A stretch of 61,577 nt of DNA, taken from IMG/VR virus record IMGVR_UViG_3300016471_000824, positions 1 to 61,577 of that record. One strand, written 5' to 3'. The position numbers were made by a program, and so were the translations under genes. Position 1 is the stretch's first letter. Each line of letters opens with the position of its first letter. Under the pieces are notes generated by a model. It made no database searches and was not told the origin of the DNA. It saw only the letters and a list, made by a program, of their open reading frames with translations. Positions 1-8,417 of this stretch are shown here, piece after piece. Source of the stretch: a virus. Taxonomy: Duplodnaviria; Caudoviricetes.

Positions 1-216
1 AGTTATTCAGGAAATGTAGATTTAACTTTATTTTCACCAAATAGTTTAAATGGTTTAAAAATAATAGTGAAAGATGAGGGTGGTTATGCAAGTACTTATA
101 GAATTAGAATTACTCCTTCGAGTGGTACAATAGATGGGAATGCTTACGTTGATATGAACATAAACTATATGTCACTTACATTGGTGGCAAGAAATAATAA
201 TTGGTGGTTAATTTAA
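1..216 (+). CDS. C-terminal fragment of a fibre-like virion protein (5'-truncated by the window)
   Basis: Frame 1 is open from base 1 to TAA at 214-216: ...GLKIIVKDEGGYASTYRIRITPSSGTIDGNAYVDMNINYMSLTLVARNNNWWLI*. It resembles the small C-terminal domain (IIKDExG...TIDG...SLTLV...W) common on phage fibre proteins. Confidence 0.65.
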   Translation, partial: SYSGNVDLTLFSPNSLNGLKIIVKDEGGYASTYRIRITPSSGTIDGNAYVDMNINYMSLTLVARNNNWWLI

Positions 217-217
217 T

Positions 218-1432
218 ATGGCTTATATTTTTAATAATTCGGTAAAATACTCAGATGGTCCAAACTTAGATGCGTTTGGTAGATTAAGAACTGCGGCTGT
301 TCAAAATCTTGTAGATATCAAGCACGTTTACGACAAAAATCCTCTTCAAGTTAGTGAAGTTACTGCTGGTACGGCAACATCAGTATTTAGTCAACAATAC
401 GCGAGAGTTAGAATGTCAACCTCGGCTAACAATGATTTAGTTATTCGTCAAACCAAAACACATCCTATTTATCAACCAGGTAAAAGTCAACTATTCGAGG
501 CAAGTTTTAGTAACTTTGCAATTCAATCTAATGTAATAAAAAGAGTTGGTGTATTTCAATCTACAACTGGTACACCATACAATTCGGTATTTGATGGTTT
601 GTTTTTGGAAAGTAACGGAGTGACAAGTGCAATAACATTCAACATTTATCTAAGTGGTTCTTGTACATATAGTGCGGATACTTCTGTATGGAATAACCCA
701 AATTTCAATGTAAACAATTTTGATTGGTCTGATGTTAATTTGATGACAATTGATTATCAATGGTTAGGTGTTGGTAGGGTAAGATTTGGTATGGTTTTGT
801 CAGGGCAAACATATTATTTTGTTGACTATACCGCGGCAAACAATATACCTACAGTATATATGTCATCACCAAATCAACCCATAAGATATGAAATAAGACA
901 AGTTGGTGCTGGTTCAGGTTATTTTGATATGTTATGTTCTCAAGTATCAACAGAAGGTGCATTAAATGGATTATATTCAACAGTAGGAATACCATACACA
1001 GCAACAACGACTTTAGCCACTTCAGGTGTAAAATATCCTTATATTGGTTATAGATTGAAGGAATCTTATAAATCTGTCACATCACAATATAACGCAGTAA
1101 GTGTTCTTAATACATCTAATGATAATTATTTATTAACAATGGAATTCAATCCAACTTTATCTTCAACACCAACTTGGATAGATATTCCAAATTCACCTTT
1201 CCAATATGCGTTGGGAAATGGAACTCCAACGATAACAACTGCAGGTCATATTATGACCTCGTTAATTGGTGAAGCAGGTACTACTGCGATATCAACAGTT
1301 AAATTTGACGATAATCAAATCAGAGTTGGTTCTAATGTTAATGGTACTTTAGATGAAATGTGGTTATGTATTACACCACTTGGAGCAAATGCAACATTTA
1401 AAGGAGCTGCTGATGTTCTATATTATTTATAA
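218..1432 (+). CDS. Conserved phage protein, probably virion-associated beta-sandwich
   Basis: 404-aa ORF with DAFGRLR and IDYQWLGVGRVRFG motifs recurrent in large-phage hypothetical proteins; S/T/G-rich and beta-rich. Confidence 0.55.
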   Translation: MAYIFNNSVKYSDGPNLDAFGRLRTAAVQNLVDIKHVYDKNPLQVSEVTAGTATSVFSQQYARVRMSTSANNDLVIRQTKTHPIYQPGKSQLFEASFSNFAIQSNVIKRVGVFQSTTGTPYNSVFDGLFLESNGVTSAITFNIYLSGSCTYSADTSVWNNPNFNVNNFDWSDVNLMTIDYQWLGVGRVRFGMVLSGQTYYFVDYTAANNIPTVYMSSPNQPIRYEIRQVGAGSGYFDMLCSQVSTEGALNGLYSTVGIPYTATTTLATSGVKYPYIGYRLKESYKSVTSQYNAVSVLNTSNDNYLLTMEFNPTLSSTPTWIDIPNSPFQYALGNGTPTITTAGHIMTSLIGEAGTTAISTVKFDDNQIRVGSNVNGTLDEMWLCITPLGANATFKGAADVLYYL

Positions 1433-1460
1433 AGTCAAATAATTTTCTATATTTTTTTAT

Positions 1461-2435
1461 ATGGAAGATTTAATTTTTGTATCAGCACAACCTGACGTAC
1501 CTTATTTTCATTGGCAAGTAAGAGTTTATGTTCATAACTTTATTGAAATGGGTATTAAACCCAATCAAATACATGTATTGTTTGCCATGGTATATGGAAA
1601 TACAATACCAACTAATGAATCATTAGAATTAAAAAAATTGGGAATTAATGTCCATCATTATTTGGATGAAAGAAAACAAAAACACTATATACCAAATATA
1701 AAACCTTTTTTAATTTATAAATGGTTAGAGAAAAATGCTGATTTAGGTAAACTTTTTTTTCTTCATGATGCTGACATCATATTTAGAAAATTACCGAATT
1801 TTAATGAATTACTAAATGATAATATATGTTATCTATCTGACACAATTGGATACATTGGGTATAATTACATAATGGATTGTTGTAATAGATATGAACAAAA
1901 ACATCCTCATTCTCCTAAAGGTCAACTAATTAAAGAAATGGCGAATGTTGTTGGTATTAATGTAAATTTGATAAAAGAAAACCAAAACAATTCAGGTGGT
2001 GGTCAATACCTAATAAAGAATTCAGATTACAAATTGTGGAGGAAAATATACGAGGATTGTACACCACTATATGACCAAATGTTAAGTTATCAAAGAAGAT
2101 TCCCAATAAATCCTGGTGAAATTCAATTTTGGACAGCAGAAATGTGGTCTTTGCTATGGAATCTTTGGTTACATAACTATGAAACAAAAATATCTAATGA
2201 ATTAAGTTTTTCATGGGCTACTGATTCAATAGAAATTTATAATCAACATCCCATACTTCATATGGCTGGTGTTACAGATGATTTAAAGTCAACCAAATTT
2301 TATAAGGGTGAATATATAAATGTGAGCCCATTAGATAAACTTAGTGAGAATATTAATCACTTTGAATATGTAGAAAATAATAGTTCAACTATAAAATATA
2401 TTGATTTGATGAAAAAAATAATTCAAAATCGATGA
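1461..2435 (+). CDS. GT-A fold glycosyltransferase resembling peptidyl-serine galactosyltransferase SGT1 / hydroxyproline O-arabinosyltransferase HPAT
   Basis: Motifs in the SGT1/HPAT order: YFHWQ, YIPNIKP..IYKWL, DxD (HDADIIFR), GGGQYL, WTAEMW. From memory, plant SGT1 has YFDWQ, YPAINKP..HWL, DADMIIR, WISEMY. Confidence 0.75.
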   Translation: MEDLIFVSAQPDVPYFHWQVRVYVHNFIEMGIKPNQIHVLFAMVYGNTIPTNESLELKKLGINVHHYLDERKQKHYIPNIKPFLIYKWLEKNADLGKLFFLHDADIIFRKLPNFNELLNDNICYLSDTIGYIGYNYIMDCCNRYEQKHPHSPKGQLIKEMANVVGINVNLIKENQNNSGGGQYLIKNSDYKLWRKIYEDCTPLYDQMLSYQRRFPINPGEIQFWTAEMWSLLWNLWLHNYETKISNELSFSWATDSIEIYNQHPILHMAGVTDDLKSTKFYKGEYINVSPLDKLSENINHFEYVENNSSTIKYIDLMKKIIQNR

Positions 2436-2441
2436 TAAATG

Positions 2442-2448
2442 TATTTAT
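2442..2448 (+). promoter_or_regulatory. TATTTAT upstream motif (putative phage promoter)
   Basis: TATTTAT 16 nt before the ATG at 2465; the same motif precedes many other genes in the window. Confidence 0.45.
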
Positions 2449-2464
2449 GTTTAAATTATATTAA

Positions 2465-4642
2465 ATGAGTTGTTTTTGTCCTTCAGGCTACACCGCAGCA
2501 CCAGATGATAGTGAATGTATAAGAGAAATTACCGCATCAACAAGTGGTTCTGCTTCTACTCTGACAGTATTGAAATCTAGTAGCTCGATTATCAATGGAC
2601 ACATGGGTACAGTTTTTTATGAGGACATAACAAACTTGACTTATCCTATTATTTTGACAGGAATTACTGGTTTAGGTCAAACAAAAAATGGAACACCTAT
2701 TTTTAATACTAGTTTTTTTATTGATTCAGATACTTCAAAAAATTTAAAGGATAGAACTTTGAATTTTTTATTAGGAGGACCTGGTGTCGGAGAGTTTATA
2801 GTTACCCCAAGTAATGGTGAAAATTGTAACTTAAGTGGCACAACACACGGACCGAGAATATTTCCATGTGCCAATTCTAATACAGTGTGGGGTAATAAAA
2901 GTAGTGTAACATCATCAGGAAGGTTGAATTATTCAGGTGTTTGGCCTTCAACTTCTGGTTCATATCCACCAATAAACACATATATTGGTTTTACAGCATG
3001 TTTTGATAATCCAATTTCTCAAACATATTACATTGGAGTTGGTGCTGATGATTATTTCAGATTTAAATTAAATAATACATTATTAGTTGAGGCCAACACT
3101 AGTGGTTTTACAAATGGAGTTGAGTATAACTCAACCTCAGCTTATAGTATCTATGGACAAACTTTTGCTACTTGGTCAATTTTTCCGATAACCCTTGCAG
3201 CGGGTTCGAATTACATAGAAATGGAAGGACTCAATGTTGGTGGTTTTGGTGCTTTTGGTGCTGAAATTTATTCAGGAAGTATAACAACCTTAAGTGCAAT
3301 TACTGCTCAATCTGCTTTAACTTTAGTTACGGTTTTTTCAACACGAAATTTAACGGGTTCAACATTTGATAATGCAGGTAGTTCTGGTTTAACTTGTGCG
3401 AGTGGATTTACTTTAGTGACTTGCACTGGAACACCTTTTTGTTCTCAGGTTCTGAGGACACCTTGTACTGGAACCACAACTACAACTTCTACAACTACAA
3501 CCACAACAAGGTCTTATATAAATGCAGGATATATACCAGTGAACGATTGTAATGTTTTGACAATTCAACCTTTGAATGTTATTTGTAATGTTACAAATAT
3601 CAGTGGTACACCAGATAGTTCGAATGGTTCGATAACATTAAGTATTTTAGGTGGTGTTCCTCCATACACAATAGAATGGACATATCCGAATGGTGTAACT
3701 TCATTGGGTAATCAAACAATTTATGGATTATCTACAGGAAGTTACACAGCATTAGTAACTGACTATTATGGGGATTACACATTTTCAACAACTTGTGTTG
3801 TTCCGGGATTCACCACAACATCAACATCTACAACAACCTTACCCCCAATTCCTAATTATTTGGAAAATATTTTCTGTATGTCGATAACAACAGTAAAAAG
3901 AACTGGTGGAGCCCCAACACCAAATACAACTCAAATAACTTTTCAATATAATACATATATAAATGGACAAACTTCTTGGATATCAAATTCAGGTAATGAA
4001 ATAGTATATTATAACCCATCTGTTGGTACTTCAGGTGTGTGGTCATTGTCAGCATCAACTGGTAGTATTGTTAATACTGCATTAAGTACAAGTACTTGGA
4101 CAATATTCAAAGGATTCCCAAGTTCTCCAACTTCAGGCGCTTGGACTATGTCTGTTAGTCCACCATATCCATCACAACAAACTACAACATCTATTGGCGC
4201 TTGTACAGATTTCTTATCTCTAACAATTAATACTTGGTGGGCACTAGATGATTCTGATATACCAACTGTTTACAAATTTTCAGGTGCATGTGGTGGAGCA
4301 AATGAAACACCGTGGTTTAAATGGTACTTGACAGGTGGTTTAACAAGCTCAGACATAAGTACTTTTGAAATAGAATGTGAGGATTTGGATAACCCTGGTT
4401 ATATACATTGGGATGTTACAAATATACCGAATACAACTACTCAAGTTAGTTCATCAATACCTTGGCCTGGTGGTGTAACAATAAATCCAACAACTGGTGA
4501 CCCTGGTGCTTCTAATACTGAGGGTTGGGAAGGTCCTTGTCCTCCAGTAGGAAATACTCATACTTATTTAGTAACTCTAACAGCTAATTTAGTTGCAGGT
4601 GGAACATTAACAAGTACATACACATTTACTTCAACAACATAA
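2465..4642 (+). CDS. S/T-rich multidomain virion protein: PA14-like domain, SprB-like repeat, Thr tracts, C-terminal PEBP (YbhB/YbcL)-like domain
   Basis: GADDYFRFKLNN (PA14-like); NGSITLSILGGVPPYTIEW (SprB-like); TTTTTSTTTTTT; EDLDNPGYIHWDVTNIP...GWEGPCPPVGNTHTY (PEBP-like). Confidence 0.65.
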   Translation: MSCFCPSGYTAAPDDSECIREITASTSGSASTLTVLKSSSSIINGHMGTVFYEDITNLTYPIILTGITGLGQTKNGTPIFNTSFFIDSDTSKNLKDRTLNFLLGGPGVGEFIVTPSNGENCNLSGTTHGPRIFPCANSNTVWGNKSSVTSSGRLNYSGVWPSTSGSYPPINTYIGFTACFDNPISQTYYIGVGADDYFRFKLNNTLLVEANTSGFTNGVEYNSTSAYSIYGQTFATWSIFPITLAAGSNYIEMEGLNVGGFGAFGAEIYSGSITTLSAITAQSALTLVTVFSTRNLTGSTFDNAGSSGLTCASGFTLVTCTGTPFCSQVLRTPCTGTTTTTSTTTTTTRSYINAGYIPVNDCNVLTIQPLNVICNVTNISGTPDSSNGSITLSILGGVPPYTIEWTYPNGVTSLGNQTIYGLSTGSYTALVTDYYGDYTFSTTCVVPGFTTTSTSTTTLPPIPNYLENIFCMSITTVKRTGGAPTPNTTQITFQYNTYINGQTSWISNSGNEIVYYNPSVGTSGVWSLSASTGSIVNTALSTSTWTIFKGFPSSPTSGAWTMSVSPPYPSQQTTTSIGACTDFLSLTINTWWALDDSDIPTVYKFSGACGGANETPWFKWYLTGGLTSSDISTFEIECEDLDNPGYIHWDVTNIPNTTTQVSSSIPWPGGVTINPTTGDPGASNTEGWEGPCPPVGNTHTYLVTLTANLVAGGTLTSTYTFTSTT

Positions 4643-4644
4643 AT

Positions 4645-5370
4645 ATGATTCTAACTTCAATAGTTAATATAAATGATACCATATGCGGATGTGATGGTTC
4701 TTTTGCAATCCAAGGTTTCAATGGAAATCCACCATATTCATACTCAATAAATAATGGTTTAACCTATTTCAATACACCATTATTTAGTAATTTATGTCCA
4801 GGCCAATATTCCGTTATTGTTAAAGATGTATCAGGTGAAACCTCGACAAACTCAGTTATATTGAATACGTCCAATAACTCAATTACATATAGTGTTACAA
4901 TTAATACAGCTTCAACAACAATTACTAATAATACTACCACTTTAACTAAAAAGTACGATACAACAATTTCTGTTTTTCCAAGTTTACCAAGTGGTGTGAC
5001 ATTGACGTTCAATTTGGTTCATTTAAACACCTCGAAATCCTCTCCATATTCCGGTACTTCGACAACAACTTCAACGAGTAATTTATTAAAAAATAATGTG
5101 ACACAATCTATATCATATTCAAGTTTAACATTAAGTACAACATACAATTCAATACCAGGTTGTCAAAATCAAAATGTTTATATAAGCTCATTTACTGAGG
5201 GTTGGAATAATCTGACTTTGACAATTGCGGATAATATAGTTTTGACAACATACACAACTACAACAAAAAATCAAGATATTGCTTGTTATATAGGTCAGAG
5301 TGTTGAAAACTACTCACTTAGCAATGTTTCTATTTCTGGATGTTATTGTTGTAACATCATCGTAACATAA
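4645..5370 (+). CDS. S/T-rich protein with N-terminal SprB-like repeat
   Basis: CDGSFAIQGFNGNPPYSYSINNG...FSNLCPGQYSVIVKD; C-terminal CYCC. Confidence 0.6.
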   Translation: MILTSIVNINDTICGCDGSFAIQGFNGNPPYSYSINNGLTYFNTPLFSNLCPGQYSVIVKDVSGETSTNSVILNTSNNSITYSVTINTASTTITNNTTTLTKKYDTTISVFPSLPSGVTLTFNLVHLNTSKSSPYSGTSTTTSTSNLLKNNVTQSISYSSLTLSTTYNSIPGCQNQNVYISSFTEGWNNLTLTIADNIVLTTYTTTTKNQDIACYIGQSVENYSLSNVSISGCYCCNIIVT

Positions 5371-5393
5371 TTCAATTCTCAATATTTATCTTT

Positions 5394-7814
5394 ATGGGAT
5401 ATATTTTAAAAAACACATCAGGTTTAATTAATACAAGAATAACAGATACTGGAAGACAAAAAATCTCTCAAGGTAATTTCAATATAAGTTATTTTCAAAT
5501 AGGTGATAGTGAAGTATCATATAATGCTATACCTCAAACAAGTTATAATCAGTACAATAGTAGGGTATTGGAGCCTAGTTTCAATGCTCAAAACTCAGCT
5601 GGAGTTCCACAATCAAATAAGGAAAATATAAAATATCCCTATTATGTTGATGGTAACAATGGTAATACGTATGGAATTCCATTTATGCAATCTATTGTTA
5701 GTCCAGTATATAACACAGCATCTCCAAGAGGATTCTTTTTGGGTACAACATCAGGTTCTTACATCGAATGGAGTGCAATTACAACTGGAGATTATGCACT
5801 TACTTCCAACTACATAGTTCAAATGAACACTTTGAATGGTTCAAATCTTATTACATTATCTTCGAGTACTTGTAACACAGATTTTGTGAGAAACTATCAA
5901 GTTGGTGACTTCATAACTATAGTATACGATGGTAGTGGTAGTGGTAATTGTAATTGTTTTACAGCAACAACAACCACAACGACAGCACCAGTAACAACGA
6001 CTACAACAACAACTGCTTGTGACCCACCTCCACCACCAACTACAACCACCACCACAACATGTCCAGTGACTAATTGTGGCCCATGTTTACCAAGTTATAC
6101 GGCAACATGTGTTGTTGATATGTCAAGTTGTTATACTATTTTGACTTATCGTATAACTGGTGTTTGTACAAATCAAATTAGTTTAGACAGACCAACACCT
6201 GACTTTACTTATTTGAGTGGAGATTGTTACGCACGTGTTATTGTCTATCCTTCTGGTATGACTGAAATTTATGATAGTGTGACACCTAGTCAACATTTTC
6301 CATATGATGTTATCAATTTCGAATCCGTTTGTTATACCGACCAATTCGATGTTAAAATTTGGAATATGAATATACCTTGGTCTGAAAGTCCAGCTGGATT
6401 AAATTCATCAACACATAAAGATTATACTCAATTTGGTTCGATAGATTATTTGGGTTCAAAAGAATATTTTGGTTACGCTTCAAGTAGTGGTCAAACTGAT
6501 ACAGATGCAACATATTACTACAATTCTTTTGATGATAAAATTATAGTTACACCTGAAGAACAAAAAGCAATTGCAATTATTCATTACACAAATAATACGA
6601 TAGATTTTTTCTATGGTGAAAAATTTGCTTTTGAACCTCATGACATTACATTACCAGCCGATACAACTGGTGAAGCGAGAAATTTTAAATTACACATACC
6701 TTGGTTGATGTGGCATAAAAATTCACAATGTTGTTATGGCCAAACATTTTATGTCGATCCTCCAGGTTTTGATGATTTGATAATTCCACTTTTTACTGTA
6801 AATTATTTGGAATCAAAACAAAATCAAGACATGAACAACCCTGGTATTAGGTATTATCATCTTTGGGATACAAATCCAAACCCAAGTAGCACACCTATAG
6901 CAGGAATACCCAATAGAGTAGGTAAAGTTTTTCCTGACCATAAGTTAATCATAATTGATGATGAAGAAATTGTTGCGGCAATGTCTTATAAATCAAATAG
7001 AAATTGGACTTTACCTGCACCAAGAATTGCTTTAATTACACCTAATATTTGTGGATTAGATAGTGAATCTGTTGAGGGTATATTAACTGGTGAAACACAA
7101 TATCTTCATGTTACTTACAGATTAAGTAATTCATCTGCCTACACAAACTCATTACATTCTAACTATTATCAAATAATTCAAGGACCAAATATAACTTGTA
7201 ATCCACAAAGTTCACAAAATGTAAGTGTTAGATTTGGAGATGAATTTAATTGTCTTTCATCAAATCCAAGTATATGTTCCGTAAATTGTGATATTACATC
7301 GGGATATATAGCTGATACATTCGAAATTTTATGTCAAAAAATTGAAGGAAATGGGCGACCTGAACCTTCGGAATGGAAAATAATCGATTATTCTTTTCAA
7401 TTAAGTGGGACGAATCTTAATGGTTATATTACCCAATCAGGTTTAACTGGAAATACCTTCGTCATAACTCAAGATTTGTACGATAATGCACCCTTGTATG
7501 ATTTAAGTGATTATATTAATTTAACAACTGTAGGATATTCAGGAACACAATTAAACTTTGGAGATGAATATTATTTTTATGGTAATATAGAAACTGATAT
7601 TCAGGCAACAATTTATGAAATGAGATATCAAGTAGTATTAGGTCAGTCAGAATTTCAATATTCCTCAAATCCATCATGGAATACAACAGTACAACCATTT
7701 ATAACTGAAGTTGGTCTTTACGATTCTGATAAAAATCTTATGATTTTATCAAAATTACAATCACCTTATCCAAGAACAGGAATTCAACAATTTGTAATCA
7801 AATTAGACATTTAA
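5394..7814 (+). CDS. Baseplate/fibre-attachment structural protein with Thr/Pro/Cys-rich insert
   Basis: N-terminal ITDTGRQKI...FQIGDSEVSY and C-terminal ITEVGLYDSDKNLMILSKL match large-phage baseplate/tail-collar-like proteins; TATTTAT at 5383-5389. Confidence 0.6.
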   Translation: MGYILKNTSGLINTRITDTGRQKISQGNFNISYFQIGDSEVSYNAIPQTSYNQYNSRVLEPSFNAQNSAGVPQSNKENIKYPYYVDGNNGNTYGIPFMQSIVSPVYNTASPRGFFLGTTSGSYIEWSAITTGDYALTSNYIVQMNTLNGSNLITLSSSTCNTDFVRNYQVGDFITIVYDGSGSGNCNCFTATTTTTTAPVTTTTTTTACDPPPPPTTTTTTTCPVTNCGPCLPSYTATCVVDMSSCYTILTYRITGVCTNQISLDRPTPDFTYLSGDCYARVIVYPSGMTEIYDSVTPSQHFPYDVINFESVCYTDQFDVKIWNMNIPWSESPAGLNSSTHKDYTQFGSIDYLGSKEYFGYASSSGQTDTDATYYYNSFDDKIIVTPEEQKAIAIIHYTNNTIDFFYGEKFAFEPHDITLPADTTGEARNFKLHIPWLMWHKNSQCCYGQTFYVDPPGFDDLIIPLFTVNYLESKQNQDMNNPGIRYYHLWDTNPNPSSTPIAGIPNRVGKVFPDHKLIIIDDEEIVAAMSYKSNRNWTLPAPRIALITPNICGLDSESVEGILTGETQYLHVTYRLSNSSAYTNSLHSNYYQIIQGPNITCNPQSSQNVSVRFGDEFNCLSSNPSICSVNCDITSGYIADTFEILCQKIEGNGRPEPSEWKIIDYSFQLSGTNLNGYITQSGLTGNTFVITQDLYDNAPLYDLSDYINLTTVGYSGTQLNFGDEYYFYGNIETDIQATIYEMRYQVVLGQSEFQYSSNPSWNTTVQPFITEVGLYDSDKNLMILSKLQSPYPRTGIQQFVIKLDI
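5961..6059 (+). repeat. ACN/CCA codon run encoding a Thr/Pro linker
   Basis: Encodes TATTTTTTAPVTTTTTTTACDPPPPPTTTTTTT with mixed Thr codons. Confidence 0.8.
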
Positions 7815-7817
7815 TTT

Positions 7818-8417
7818 ATGACCGAAAATATGAAACAATCACCAAAGGTTTTAGGTTTGGATATATCTACTAAAACTATAGGTTGGGCACTTTTTGATAT
7901 CGAAACTAAAGACTTATTGGAGTTAACTCACATATCACCAGTACTTAAACCAAAAGAGGAAAATAAAATGAAAGAATTGTTTCTCAAAACTGAGATATTT
8001 AAAACAAAATTAGAAAAATATGATGAACTTAATATAAAAAAAGTAATCATAGAAGAACCACTATTGAATAGTAATAATGTTTATACAATACAAACTTTAA
8101 TGAGATTCAACACATTAATTTCTAAGGAAATTTACGATGTTTTGGGTATTGTACCCGATTATATATCTACTTACAACTCTAGAAAAAATGCCTTTCCTTG
8201 GTTGGTAAAAGACAATGGTAATGGAAAGTTTGTTTTATTTGGTGGTCTCCCAAAAGATTGTGATAAAAAACAAATTATTTGGGAACAAGTCGCAAAAAGA
8301 GAACCTCAAATAAATTGGAGTTACACAAAAAACAACACACTCAAAAAAGAAAACTATGATATGAGTGATGCTTATTGTTGTGTTATAGGTTATATGAAAA
8401 GTGAAAATATTTGGTAG
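7818..8417 (+). CDS. RuvC-like Holliday junction resolvase
   Basis: RNase H-fold acidic motifs VLGLDISTKTIGWA, VIIEEP, DMSDAY; abuts the convergent minus-strand operon with no gap. Confidence 0.75.
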   Translation: MTENMKQSPKVLGLDISTKTIGWALFDIETKDLLELTHISPVLKPKEENKMKELFLKTEIFKTKLEKYDELNIKKVIIEEPLLNSNNVYTIQTLMRFNTLISKEIYDVLGIVPDYISTYNSRKNAFPWLVKDNGNGKFVLFGGLPKDCDKKQIIWEQVAKREPQINWSYTKNNTLKKENYDMSDAYCCVIGYMKSENIW

